A stretch of DNA of 64,000 bases, taken from positions 34,968,001-35,032,000 of the forward strand of contig OZ231126.1 of assembly GCA_965153355.1 (NCBI GenBank), read 5' to 3'. Within the stretch, counting starts at the first letter, position 1, and each line of letters opens with the position of its first letter. Positions 42,086-55,825 of the stretch are shown here, in pieces. The DNA comes from Flaccisagitta enflata. Lineage: Eukaryota. A program made the translations under genes and the position numbers. The notes beneath the pieces are model-generated. The model worked only from the letters and a program-made list of their open reading frames with translations. It did no database searches and was not told the DNA's origin.

Positions 42086-42401
42086 CAGGCCTGTATATTC
42101 TTGCATATTTCCCCCCTCCCCGCAGGGGGGGAATAAAATCAAAGGATTTGGAAATGGGGAAGGAAATCAAAGGGTGGAAATATGAAAAGATGAAAAATGT
42201 AGAAGATTTTACACTTTTGACAGTACTAAAATGTATTATTTAGTTACTACAAAACTATTTTATACTATTTAAACCAAAATATAACTATATAGGGGGTATA
42301 TGGGGGAAAAAAATCAAATGTACTTCAACCCCGTGGGGAAGAAAATCAAAAGACCAGGGGGGGAAAGAAAATCAAAGGTCGTGCAACTATATACACCCCT
42401 G
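42086..42401. mobile_element. hAT-type MITE
   Basis: CAGGCCTGTATAT/ATATACACCCCTG, 8-bp TSD CATATGAA; relatives at ~59195-59498, ~59860-60450 and ~170-238. Confidence 0.88.
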
Positions 42402-44216
42402 CATATGAATAAGTTGATTTTGCATTTGCACATGCAAAATATGCAAGAATGTAGTGGGTTTGGCATGAACAACATCCCTCACTATACCTAGGCTGAAATA
42501 AACGGAAGAGGGCCTTGTGAAACCCCCGTTCAGAAAGCGTGAGTCTTGCTAAGTGACGACAAAAAATTTCAACAGGTCCCATGGTCCATTTTCGCCATAC
42601 TAACATAAAAGCTATTTTTGTGATGAACATAGCCATTTGTCAATCAATATCACCATTATCTCCTTTTGCTTTTTGTCATCAAAGAAAGTTGATTTCAGTA
42701 AATAATGACTGCTAGAATCCTTGCGGGAAATAATCTGAAAATCATGAAAATGATGAAATTGCACATTTTGTGGAAAATGTCCATTTTTTAACAAAAAATT
42801 GTCAAAAAAACTCCGGGAACAAGATATACCATGGCTTAAGACATCCCTGTACACTATTTTGTTGAAATATTTTCAAAATTTGAGAAAAAAATTTTTTCGA
42901 TTTTTTGGGCCTCGGGGGTGGTTCTGAGGTGGGCAAGGGGTGGTCATTTGGGGGGGTTAATGATGGAAATTGAAAAATCGCTACGGTGGCGCCAAATATA
43001 TTGGCCTAAGGTATCCAAAGCTGCTCCAAGCATCCAAATTGATAGAGGCGTCTAGGCTGTAGGGGTGTTGCTAAAACTTTATGTGCCTCCACACCTTAAA
43101 TTATTGGTCTGTCTGTAATTCAGCAGTTTGACGTTGCTTCGTACAAGTCAAGTGAGTTTCGCGAGCGTTGCACCACAACCATGAAGCGTTGAAAATTCGT
43201 TGGGCAAAGTTAACACATGTACGCGTTGCGCAGCAATGCGCATCAGCCAATTTTGATGCGGTTTTCGAATCTGAAATCCTCACACGCTCAGCTTTATTCT
43301 GTAAATTCCGAATTTTCCTATGTCTTTTTCATGCAGGGCAATACAAGATTAGGTAACATGCCAGTATCATTGCTCCTGCCAAAACCAGAAACGACATTTT
43401 AGGCTACTTTTTTCGCTTGATTTTGACTTCCTCTCGAGGGATATCGTTGATGTATCATATGTATGGGTTTATCAAGCACAGTGCTTGCTTGAGAAGTACA
43501 AATATAGGGCTGGAAGTCTGTCGCTTGCCCAAATTAGAAAACCGCGAACAAAAATTTCCATCACGCATCGCGGCTCCCTATTTCCCTTACTACTATGGGC
43601 GTGAACCATAAAGAATCCATGACCGTCTGAAAGCTCTGCGAAAAATCTTTGAATTGCGACGTTGCATTTTTGAAGAAAAAATCACTGAATGAAAACAGTA
43701 ATCATTTCAATTTTTTTCCTATTAGCAATTTAAGTCTTTCCATTTTTGGGCAGCGGCTGCGGAGGGGGCAATGACCTATGATACCATACAGTCCCCCCCT
43801 CTAGGCGGCGATATCAGCAGGGATAAAAAAACTCGCTCGAAAAAGATTTTTTTGCAATTTGACCAAAGTGAGGACGCTGAATAAAACTGTGGGAATCACA
43901 AGTCTTCAGCATAACTTGTTTTGATGTTTCACAAATATTTTTCTATAAAAAAGTGGAAGAAAAAGGTAACACTTGCTCTACGACTTCTTTCTAAAACTCG
44001 TCTCCACCGACATTTTCTTTAAGTCAGAGTTAGCTTTCCAATGTATTATTACGCATTGAAAAAGAAAGACAGACGGGCTAAAACCAACAAGTAAATGGAG
44101 GGACGGATACACGGATGCTAAGACAGCTCATCACTTTACCGAAGGTGAATCTGATTACATACATGAGGCTTTGTCTTGCAATTTAGTGCCATGGAAAACG
44201 CCAGTGCCTAACTTAC

Positions 44217-44308
44217 CACACCATAGTAAGACAGCAACGATGACAAGAATAATTGCACCATAAAAATCACTTTGACATATACTTTTTCATACGAGTAGCG
44301 AAGTAGAT
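44217..44308 (-). CDS. ABCA: ABCA exon: (D)LLRYSYEKVYVKVIFMVQLFLSSLLSYYGV
   Basis: Acceptor ttttcctttctag, donor gtaagt, 92 nt; only the phase 1-0 frame is open; hydrophobic segment. Confidence 0.7.
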
Positions 44309-44669
44309 CTAGAAAGGAAAAGTGAAATATCTTCCAAACCTAATTAGTGACATCGATGAAAAAAAGATTGACCACAAAGCATATGAAATAATATAGATTA
44401 AATTAAGTTGACCTTTATGTCCGCGGACTTTAACTCTGAGCGCATGAACAGAAAAAAGTATGAAACATCATGCCAATTTATTCAATATCAATTATCGAGG
44501 GTGCTTTGATCTTTTGTTTTCTATACGCGATCCAAAGCAGAACTTCAAGATTTATCTACCGGAGCCGTTGCCGGTAATGTAGAAGTTAGCGTTTGGCTGT
44601 TGTGATTTTATCTTACACGCAGTTGAATTTGATTTCAGAACAAAATCTGAACTGTAGAGAACTACGGCC

Positions 44670-45232
44670 TTTAATCAGCCTTCTCAGGCTTGAGATTGGC
44701 TCTCTCAGGCCCTCTTAGACCTAAAATTGACCCTCCCAGGCCTGAAATCAGCCATCACAGACCCAAATTAAGCCCTCTCAGGCCTTAAATTGACCCTCCC
44801 AAGCCTCAAGTTGATCCTCTCAGGCCTCAAATCAGCCCTCTCAAGCCATAAATTGACCCTCCAAATTATTCATCACAAGTCTGAAATAAGCTTTTTGGGC
44901 AGCTGTCGTTTGTTTGTTTGTTTGTTTGTTTGTTTGCTCGTTCGTTTGTTCGTTCGTTTGTTTGTTTGTTCGTTCGTTGGTTTGACCGTCCCCCGCCAGG
45001 CTCTCACAGGCCTAAAATCTGCCCTCTCCGGCCTAAAATTTTCACTTTCAGGGCTAGAATCTGCCCTCTCAGGCCTGATTTCTACCCTCTCAGGCCCAAA
45101 AATCTACCCTCTCAGGCATGAAATATACCCTCACAGGCCTGAAATTTGCCCTCTTAGACCTTGAATCTGCCCTCTCAGGGCTGAAATCCAACCTATCAGG
45201 CCTATAATCTACCCTCTCAGGTCTGAAATCTG
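44670..45232 (+). repeat. 21-bp repeat arrays of family B elements
   Basis: ccctctcaggcctgaaatctg-type units. Confidence 0.85.
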
Positions 45233-46150
45233 GCGTAGGTCGTGGGACATGTCAATATTTACCCCATTTGGTGGCCCCCAAATAGCACCATAACCATAAG
45301 GTAATTTGTTTTTTTATCTTATATCGCTGTTGTTGTGCAATTAACGGGCGTTTCTATGCCATAGACTATGGTCGTTTTACTTATTCAGAAAGTAACTTCG
45401 TTTTGTTTCCGTTCTGTTAATCATGTCAAAAAAACCAACTGAGGGACGAATGGAGGGACCGACCGGCATATCAACCACTTGAGTTTCGTGGATGCGACTC
45501 TTTAGAGCCTATCAAAATCAATAATATCTGGTTTGGGGCCTCTAGCTGAAAGGAGAGAGGCCCTGAAAGTTGGTGTGCTCAAGTATACTTTTCATACCGC
45601 ACAGATGCCTGCCATTGAATCGTCCATTTTCATCACGTCTTGCAAAGTTTTTGTCCCTTCTGGTGGAAATATTTTTTCAGTCTTGAGAAAATCAATTAAA
45701 GTCTTCACATCATATTCATACCCAAACCACAGAGCCATATCTTCGATCAAATTTCCCCTGGAAACAATGGGAAAAGATCCGGATACAGGAGCGTCATAAA
45801 GAGTTCTTTGAAAATCATCACACTTCTAGAAAATGATCTTTGGCATTGTGCTAACGAACGTTGTATGAGGTATTGCTTGTCTGTGCGTCAGCCTGAAAGG
45901 GACAGCAGAGGCGGGGCACACAGTGAAGGTGGAGGTAGCTGAGACAGAGAGGGCGGAGGCGGAGACAGTGGAGGTGCCCAAGGCAGTAGTAGCAGTTACC
46001 GCGAAGGTGGCAGACGCGAAAACGTAAGGTGGTGCATGGATGACATTTCAAAAATGACATGAGATGTGTCCTCTCAGTTTGGACATTGTCTCTTCATCGC
46101 ATAATTTTGTCTATTCAGCTTCAAACTTCAATGCAAATAACAAAACTTAC

Positions 46151-46233
46151 CCTTGATCATCCCATACAATTGTTCTTGCAACATCAGATGAGGAAATGGA
46201 TTTGTAATCGCAAGACAGTTCCTTATTTCCAAA
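46151..46233 (-). CDS. ABCA: ABCA exon (loop): LEIRNCLAITNPFPHLMLQEQLYGMIK
   Basis: Acceptor tttttttttccag, donor gtaagt, 83 nt; the phase 2-1 frame is open and fits both neighbours. Confidence 0.65.
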
Positions 46234-46597
46234 CTGGAAAAAAAAATTATGCAGACATCTCTCACTTCAGAAACATAATATTCGTGATATTACTACATTA
46301 TTAAATATATACGACATATACCAGTAATGGCGACTATCGCTGCTTGGGAAAAAGGTGCCAATTTTTCACCTGCGATCTTTTATCTTAGTAATTTCTTTCT
46401 TGTTATGACGTGCTATTTGTTCATCTGTATTTTAGTGTCTTACTATGAGGCGCATAGAAGCACATTTATTGTTTATTAATCTCAGAGAGATGTGAATGTT
46501 TATTTCAGAGAATTCTAAAGAAGTGAGAATATTTGAAACATGAAGTGAGAATATTTTTGGTTGGTTTATTTAGATTTTGGTTAACTCTAAAGACTAA

Positions 46598-47563
46598 CCT
46601 TGGCGTCATAAAAAATGGCGGATTTTTAAAACCTATTTTAACAAACTTAATTTGAGAGAAACTAAGGAAAATTGGTGATGTCTAGAAAGCTCTTTAAAAG
46701 ATCTTTCATATGAGTTGTGTTGCAACATTGTTGCTCAAATGGTTTAGAAGCTACACCAATTTGAAAAACACTTCTCTTTTTTCACCCTTACAGTGTGTCA
46801 GCGATCATAACTTAAACATAATCTCTTAAAAATCGTACTTAACCTTATCCGATTAAGATGAAATTTGATGTAGTGGCACAACATATCTGCCTTTAACAGC
46901 TCCAAAAATTTCATCCAAAACGGACAACTTTTACTATCATTTTCACCATGCGAAAGATTTTAATGTTGGTTTGCAAAACTGTGGCTTGAAAGAATCAGTG
47001 ATTGGATTTTATTGAGCGTTTTGTTCATGAATGGTTAGAATTGTGAAAAATCTATGACAGTTTTAGAGTGCTTTCAAAGTTCTATATTTAAGGCCCTCTC
47101 CCATAGAAGTAAACTGGGTGTGAGCTCAAATAAGTCAGAAATAAGCAAGTTTTTTTTTTAAATTGCATCATTTTTTAAGAATTTGGATGAGGGTTAGTAA
47201 AGGAACATGCAAAAACCATAGTAAAAAATTTCCGATTCTCACAAAAATTGAACCAGTATAAGTAGACACACAGTTTAGACATCACTGAAAATTTGAAGGC
47301 AATCGGACAAAATCTTCTATCATTTTGGTAATAATGAAATTATAAGCAGACTTTTTTTAATGACACACCGTCAAAGTAAAAAAATAGAGGTTTTGTTTAA
47401 ATTACTCTAATTTCTAAACGGTTTGAGCTACTATGTCCAGACACGACTCAAATGAAAGATCTTTCAAAGAGCTTTCCAATCATCACCAATTTTTCTTAGT
47501 TTCTCTTGAATTAAGATGGTTAAAATAGGTTTTAAAAATCCGCCATTTTTTATGACGCCAAGG
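46598..47563. mobile_element. Quasi-palindromic MITE
   Basis: CTAA|CCTTGGCGTCATAAAAAATGGCGG...CCGCCATTTTTTATGACGCCAAGG|TTAG. Confidence 0.85.
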
Positions 47564-50090
47564 TTAGAAATAAAAAATTGCATGAAAAAAAAACATCACT
47601 TTTTGGTTGTGTGCTACGCTACGCGACTCTTCACCCCGCTTTGTCCTTTAGTTGGTCAGTCTGTTACATTTTACTTTCTTTGTACAGTACCGGAATCAAA
47701 GAACTGGTGATAAGGAGGGAAGCCATATCTCTCCAATTACAAGGATATGGGATCTGAAATTTTTCTGTGGTGTGCACCTTTAGTACCCCCACCCCCCATA
47801 AGGGTTTGGAGCTGTTCCAGGCAATTTTTGTTTTTGGTTGTCCAAAATTTCTTTTTTTTTAAATTGCTATTGTAGGCCAAAAAATTTATTTCAAAATTTG
47901 TCTTTTATGTTACCTATAGGTAATGCCCAGGGCTACAAATTTCATTTTTTGAAAAACATTTTCGGCCAATTTTTAAGGGAATGACACAAAAAAAAATCAA
48001 AAAAAAAAAAAATCAAAAAAATGAAAAATAGCTATATTTTCCTGAATAATTGGCTTAACATGATAATTTTTGGCATGATAGTAGTCCTGAGAACCTAGAA
48101 TTTGTATGCAAAATTTTAACAGTCATAGTTGAATTTTGAAGGAGTTATGGCATTTTGAAATCTTGATGATTTTTGGTAAAAAACATTTATTCCTATAAAT
48201 TTTTTTTTGTCTACCATTTTGCTTAAAATTTCATACACAAAGTAACTAATGAATTTTTGCTTCCAAAAAAAATTTGGCCACTACGCCCCCTTAAAAAAAT
48301 TTTTTTTCTCAAAAATCACCAAAATTGGTTATTTTTCTAGGTTTGATAAAAACAGTTCCTGTGATCCGATTCACTTCATTTCTGGAGGGATTACTAACCT
48401 ATATGTACTAAAACTAAGTTCCAAATTTCAAGTAAATCGGACAATTTGTTTTGGAGCTATTAAAGATCAAAGTTGTTAGGGCAAGCCAAAATTGCTGTAT
48501 TGAAGGAATCTTGGAATAGTCAGGGAGCTTAATGGCAGAAACTAAAATGTAGGTCCGAAAATGTAAAAAAACTCCATTTTGGGATATTTTTTGGGCCCCC
48601 CTTTTCAAAGATCCTTTTTTTTTGCAATTTTTGGGGTCAACTCCATATTTTGGCTGACGGTCCTACTTTTAGTAGTTTTGAGCTTATAATTTGCTACCTT
48701 TCGGCTTCCCGCTGCCTTGGCTGACTTTCATTGATATCCTAATGCATAACTAACAGGAACACAACTAAATATCTGGAGTAGGCACGGAAAAAAGCACAAT
48801 TTTTACGATTAAACTATGTATAAACTGGGAATTTTTCGTGTACATTTAAGGAGGTGACGCGTAATTTTGTTGAGAAATAGGCAAAATTTAGTATTTATTT
48901 TTACTTCTAAAAAAAATGATTAGTAGTTGTATCAGAATATTTGCCATCATTGACTTTGACAATAAAGCCCCAATGTTCGCCCAGGTAAGTTTTCACGGAG
49001 TTCCAATGATTAAATCACACGTTTTAAAGGCAATGTTTTTCCCTCGTATTTGTCACGATTTCAACATTATCGACGCTTTTTAATAGTCACGCATTTGTCC
49101 AGACAACTGAATGCAGGTGCCATATCTGTGTTAACCCCCGAATTGTGTTCAGATCTGCTTTGATCTCAAGGATAGCGAGTTTGAGATATACTCATTTAAT
49201 CTTGGGGCAGTACAAACATTATTCAACCTGGAATGAGAGTAAAACAGAAAGGCGTCGTTAATTGTCACGGTTTCAACATTATCGACGCTTCCGCGCGCAT
49301 TTTATAATACCAACATATTTACAATAACTCAAATAAAAACTGAAGTTTTCATCCGATTTTTCTGAAATTTGACATGGATAACCGCTAAGGTGTAGGCTTT
49401 CACCCAAAACAATTTTTAGGCACCCACCCACTCAACCGGCCCAACCAGCCTACCAACCTATCGACCAAATAGTAAAAGTGTAAAAATGCGATAACTTTTG
49501 CATATCTTGAGCTAGGACCTTCAAATTCGATATTGAGACTCCTCAGACCAATAGCTGATACACGGGAGCGACCAATTAGGCTTCGTTAACATTGACTGGC
49601 CAAAATGGCCTAAATTGGCCTAAAAATGTCCTAAATTGACCTAAAAATGAAAAAAATGGTGATTAACTCAAAATTTTCACTCGATATGGATGAAATTTAG
49701 TGTGGAGTCGCCCAGAGGGGAAAATTCATACATGCATCTGATTTACAAGCATTTGTGCCTTGCAGACTGGCGTACTGGCCAAAAAAAATGAAAAAATTGG
49801 CCTAAAAATTCCAAAATGTTTAACCCCTTTGTTAGATTTTTATCCGGTCTGGTTAAAACTTTTTGTGGAGCCTCTCAAAGGTAAAACTCGATATATGCAT
49901 ATAATCTATAAAGATTTTGAATTTGCAAAATGGCCGAACCATCCAATACTTGTCCTAAAATGGCCAAAAATGGAAAATTTGGAATAAAACTTCCATGAAA
50001 GTAACACATAAAACTTTGTAAACGTTTCGAGGGTTAAGGCTTTGAAGACTGGCTAGATTTGCCAAAAGCCAACTAGCGCGAAAATGATAA

Positions 50091-50219
50091 AACAAGGCCA
50101 AGTAGGCCAATAAGGTGCGACGTGTGGCCATGTGGATCGTCAAACGAATGCGTTACTGACAGAGGCCGACCTACCGACGGACTCAGCCAGTTTTAGAGGT
50201 GCGTCGTTGCACCTAAAAA
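50091..50219 (-). mobile_element. HINE family D
   Basis: aacaaggccaagtaggcc, aggtgcgac...gttgcacctaaaa. Confidence 0.8.
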
Positions 50220-50603
50220 GGGAAACGACTTATGCAATTTCTTAGAAACAACATTCGAATCCACTGTAATATTTAAAAGAACTTACGTAATGCAAACGGC
50301 CAAAGTTGCAAAGTTGGCCAAAAGAGAAAAAATGAAAAATGGTAAAACACGTGGATGTCACTGGTTGTTGACACTAAACTGCAAAACACATCTTCGGACG
50401 TTTCTCCGGGCGCATCTCCGAGCGTTTCTCTGGGTGACTCACTTGGAAACAGTTTCACTATCATGAGTTTATCCTTCCTTTCCTGACGCGACGGTATCGC
50501 CGATCTTTCTCTCTCTTCATCTCTTTTTCTGTTGTCTCAAATTCTTTCCTTGGTCTTCCAATCACCTTTTTCTCAGCCTTTCTGTTTTCGTATCCTTCCC
50601 GCC

Positions 50604-52044
50604 TTTTTGGGCAGCGGCCCCTAAGGGGACGAAGTCCTGTAGAACACAGGGGACTTTCGTTCGTTCGTTCGTTCGTTCATTTGTTCGTCCATTCATTTGT
50701 CCCCCCCCCCCCAGTAGAGGTGGGGGAAATGCACTTTAGTCAACAGATCAAGTTGCACGTGAAGAAAATGTCATAATATGATAAGAATAAATAGTATGCC
50801 AAGTTTCAGGGCCTTTGGAACAGTTTTAGCTTAGCCCTCCACCCCCCTCCTGCCCCATTATAAAAGATAGGAAACTTTTGAGGCCAAAATCATTCCTATA
50901 CATTTTCTATGGGAAATCAGGGGAGTGGAGGGCTAGGCTGAAACTGTTCCAAAGGCCCTGAAACTTGGCATACTATTTATTCTTATCATATTATGACATT
51001 TCCTTCACGTGCAACTTGATCTGTTGACTAAAGGCCCAAAATCTGCCTTCTCAGGCCTGAAATATGCCCTCTCAGGCCATGAATCTGCCCTCTAAGGCCA
51101 TGAATCTGCCCTCTCAGGCCTTGAATCTGCCCTCTCAGGCCTGAAATTTGTCCTTTCAGGCCCAAAATCTGTCCTCTCTGGCCTAAAATCTGCCCTCTCA
51201 GGCCTAAAATCTGGCCTCTCAGGCCTAAAATCTGCCCTCTCAGGCCTGAAATCTGCCCTCTCAGATTCAAGGCCTGAGAGGGCAGATTTCAGGCCTGAGA
51301 GGGCAGATTTCAGGACTGAGAGGGCAGATTTCAGGCCTGAGAAGGCCTGGGGGGCGGACGGACGGACAGATGGATGGACGAACGAACGAACGAACGGACG
51401 AAAGTCCCCTGTGTCCTACAGGACTTTTTTCCCTTCAGGGCCGCTGCCCTGCCTCTCATTCCGATTTACAACCAAGCAAAGCAGGGCAAAGGGTATCGCT
51501 GACCACGTATTGCTCATTCTCCGTTCTTCCTCCGTCACTCCTAGGCCTACTACCCCTCCCTTTTTGGGCAGCGGCCAATGCCCTGTAGAACACGGGGAAT
51601 TTTGAGACATCCGTCTGTCCATCCCCCCCCCATTGACCATCAAGGCCTCAAATTAACCATCCCAGGACTCAATTTAGCCCTCCAGGCCTAAAATCAGCCC
51701 TCTTGGCTTCAAATGCCCTAAATCTGCCCTAAATCTGCCTCCTAGACCTAAAATCTGCCCTCCAAACCTTCAATCAGCCCTCCAAGCTTAAAACCAGCCC
51801 ACCAAACCTCAAACCGCTCACCAAGCCATAATTATGCCCTCCAACCCTCAGATATGCCTTCAGTGGCATAAATCAGCCATCAAGAGCCCCCTCAGGACGC
51901 ACGGACATCTCGAAATTCCCCCCTGTGTTCTACAGGATATCAGCCCTTTGGGGCCGCTGCCCTGCTCTAACTCCACTTCTTCACTGGATCCCTCAGCAGG
52001 GCATCGGGTTCCGCTGACCATGTGCGATCCTTGGATGACTAGTT
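50604..52044 (+). mobile_element. Two HINE family B elements (50604-51513 and 51561-52044)
   Basis: tttttgggcagcggcc starts, inverted subterminal copies, internal arrays. Confidence 0.78.
50734..51033. mobile_element. MITE with ~110-bp TIRs inside a family B element
   Basis: CTTTAGTCAACAGATCAAGTTGCACGTGAAG...CTTCACGTGCAACTTGATCTGTTGACTAAAG. Confidence 0.85.
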
Positions 52045-53249
52045 CTCCATCACTCTCACCACTGACGTTCTTTGACCGCTCCGGCCGTCGGTCACTTCGT
52101 TGACGAACAAGTTCGCTCTTGCTTCTCATCAGTACATTTCCCTCGAGGCCTACCCCATCCGCGAAACTCCATTATACAACTGTGTCTGATAACAAAAATA
52201 GCTAGTTTAGGTATTGTTTAGAGTCATATTTTCTGTCTAGTGACTTACACATAAAGACGATAATATAATTGTCTTATATATTTGCGCTCCTCTTGATATC
52301 AATCAATACCAAGACACGAAACATAGCACCCTGATCAGGATTAAGTAAAAGAATCGTTTATGGGCATTGATGCCACAAAGATAGAAGTCTTCTTTGGTTG
52401 TTTTTATGGATAAAAATTCATGGAAAATATTTTTTGCATCTTTTTATATGCTTTACTGGCAATTAGGTGTTCATTTCAGGTCTTGGACTCAAAGCGAATC
52501 TTTAAATTATTCCAATTCTTTTTATTGTACATGAGGCTGAAGTAACAGCATTTTTGCACTAAAGACTACCTTTTTGAGATCATTCTGCACTCTGGCACTG
52601 ATGTGTTGTCCCTTACATGAATGTCCAATCCAAGAATTAAATCAAAAATTGTACAATGATTTATTTTTACTGATTTTCTTACAAAAAACAGCAGTTTTAC
52701 GCTATAAATGATTCTATTACCTAAAACCATATGAATGTGGAAAGGGTGATAGGCTCATTGATTTTATGTGCAAATCATGTGTAGTTGCTCATGGTTAGGT
52801 GACTGAGATTTTTTTTATTCTTTATTTTTTTGCAAAAGACGTAGAAAAGCGAAAGGACTGCGATGAATGCGCTGGCACCGCACCCTCGAGTTTTTGTCTG
52901 CGGTAAAACAAAATGCTAGTTGGCGGAGGCCCAGGTATTTTTTTTTTCCCGATGGCGCATCGCTGGCACCTAAGTCTACGTTAACAATCCATTCTAACAT
53001 CAGAAAATTGACCTTAATAATAATATGCATAATTCTGTCGGACAAGAACGGTAATGATATATCTAAATATCTTAAATGACCATATTCTGTCTATGGTTTT
53101 GATGAACGGAGAGTTGTTATTGTCGCTTCGGTTGCCAAAGTTGACATTTGCTCATTTGAATACATCTTTGCGAAATCGGCCCCTCACAGAAAATTGAGAG
53201 TGAATACAGTTTATGAGAATCAGGCGGCCTTACGGGAACTGTTAATGGC

Positions 53250-53770
53250 TAAACACAGGCCAAAAATGGCCAAAAACAGCATTTTTTCCAAAATATCAAT
53301 GTTGTTTAAAATTTTCTTGCCATTCACTCTCAATTAAGTCAGAACTAGGAAAAAGATACTCATTGAAAGCTTTGAACACTGATACGGGTTTCAAAACAGG
53401 CCAGAAACAGGCCAAAAATAGCCTTAAATGGCCAAAAATGGCATTTTCATCTGTTAGATCACTGTTTTTCAGAGTTTTTTTGCCAATCTCACTTAATCCA
53501 GTCAGAACTAGATCATTGAGAGCTTTGGACACTGATACGGGGGTCATGACAGGCCAAGAACAGGCCAAAATTGGCCTGAAATGGCCAAAATCGGCATTTT
53601 CATCAAACAGATTGTTATTTTGAATTTTTTTGCTAATCTCACTCAATCCGGTCAGAACTAGGTCTTACATACTCATTGAGAGCTTTGGACACTGATATGG
53701 GGGTCAAAACAGGCCAAAAATGGCCTAAAGTTGCCAAGATCGGCATTTTAATTATACAGATCATTGTTAT
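53250..53770 (+). repeat. Degenerate ~140-160 bp tandem repeats (also 36800-37080 and 37690-37855)
   Basis: Recurrent cattgagagctttggacactgat...aggccaaaaatggcc...cagaactagg. Confidence 0.75.
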
Positions 53771-55499
53771 TCAGAATTTTGATATGGACCTTAATTTACC
53801 TTATATACCTTGATATATTTATAAATCATTTATGTATATATTTATATATTTATAAATATTTATATTTGTCAACAAGAAGTGACAGAAGCATACAATTAAT
53901 ATTCGTCAAATCAGTGCAAACTATTCTGCAGGAAATTCCCAGAAGGCTCAAATCGCAGTCTAACAAACTCAATTAGACAAAAGTCCTCCTGATTTCTACA
54001 AGACATTGTCCCCTTAGGGCTGCTGCCCTGCTAACCATCACTTACAATCACCAACATAAAAATCACGGCAACAGTTATCGCCGACATCCACAAAACACAC
54101 AATATACATCTATAACTGGATGAACAAGAAAGAATTATTTGCTTTACTAGTAACACAGATACACGGGCCAAGATGGTGCGCCTGGCATTACTAATTCTTA
54201 GGCCTATCCCAGGCTCTATCAGACCTTTCCTGGGCCCTCTCAATCTAACCGTAGATGAACATGATCATGAATGAAATGACGAGAAACATGAATTTAAAGA
54301 ACTATCCCAAGCTCTATCAGACATATCCCAAGCTCTATCAGACCTCTATCAGACCTATCCCGAGCTCTATCAGACCTTTCCCAAGCTCTATCAACCAAAC
54401 CATAGATGAATATTATAATGAATGAAAGGACGAGAAGCGTGAATCTCTAGACCTATCCCGAGCTCAATCAGACCTATCCCGAGCTCTATCAGACGTTGCC
54501 CAAGTTCTATCAACCTAACTGTAGATGAATATCATGATGAATGAAATGCTGAGAACCATGGATCTCTAGACCTATCCCGAGCTCTATCAGACATATCCCA
54601 AGCTCTATCAGACATATCCCGAGCTCTATCAGACCTATCCTGAGCTCTATCCAACCTATCCCAAGCTCTATCAAACCTAATTGTAGATAATTATGATAAT
54701 TGAAATGACAAGTAACATGAATGATGAACACAAGTGATTCAAACATTTTTGGCAATTTTTCACTCCAGCGTGACCGACCAAGCAACGGCCGACCACCAAC
54801 CTACCAACCGACCAACCAATCAACCGACGGACAGAGGCTCTTTTAGAAGATTCATGGCGCACCCAAAAACAACCAGAAATTAGGGCATTTGTGTCCTTTT
54901 TTGACATTTTGGCCCATTTTGGCCCCCTATATGGAGGCTAAGTCACTTGTGAGCAACGGATTGCGTAGAAAATTGGGAAACCCGTTTTTTGTCACGTATT
55001 GCTATTCCCCTATAGCATCAAAGACACTATAGTTACGATTTTTGCATATAACGACTTCGTTTCTAGTCGTTACGGTCTATTTAAAGCTATATAAAGCTAT
55101 CAAAAGCTATCTAAAGCTATTTACAATTATTTGAAGCTATTTGAAGCTCTTCAAAGCTTTGTAAAGCTAGTTAATAAACATCAAATGAAATGTATGTCTG
55201 TCTGTCTGTCTGTCCATCAGTCTGTCTGTCTGTCTGTCTATTTGTCTCACTGTATCTCTGTAGTTATTTCTCTATGAGAGACTGAGACCAAAACTGAGAG
55301 AATCATTTCAGCATTTTTGTTATGTTGATGTTATGGAATCTCATGTTAAGCATGTCGGACAATGATTGATCATTTTCAAACTTTTGTCATTTTCTATCAA
55401 ATTCTTGACTAATATGTAAAAATTTTAAAGAATAAATAATTAAAGTATATGAAACTAGAATTTAAATATGAAACCTAATATATAAAAGGTTAAAAAAAG

Positions 55500-55825
55500 A
55501 TAAAAAACTGTATATCAAAAACTAAAAGTAGAAAAATCAAAAGGAAAAAAATAAAAAAATAAAAAAGTCAAAAAATCAAAAAATCAAAAAATATAAAAAA
55601 AAATGAAAAAAAATGAAAAAAATGAAAAACTAAAAATGAAAAACTAAAAATGAAAAATGAAAAGTCAAAAATGAAAAATAAAAAGTGAAAAATGAAAAAT
55701 GAAAAATGAAAAGTGAAAAATGAAAAATGAAAAGTGAAAAATAAAAAGTAAAAAATGAAAAGTGAAAAATGAAAAATGAAAAATAAAAAATAAAAAATGA
55801 AATAGAAAATAAAAAATTAAAAAAA
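55500..55825. repeat. A-rich 7-mer minisatellite (AAAATGA/AAAGTGA)
   Basis: Directly visible. Confidence 0.9.
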
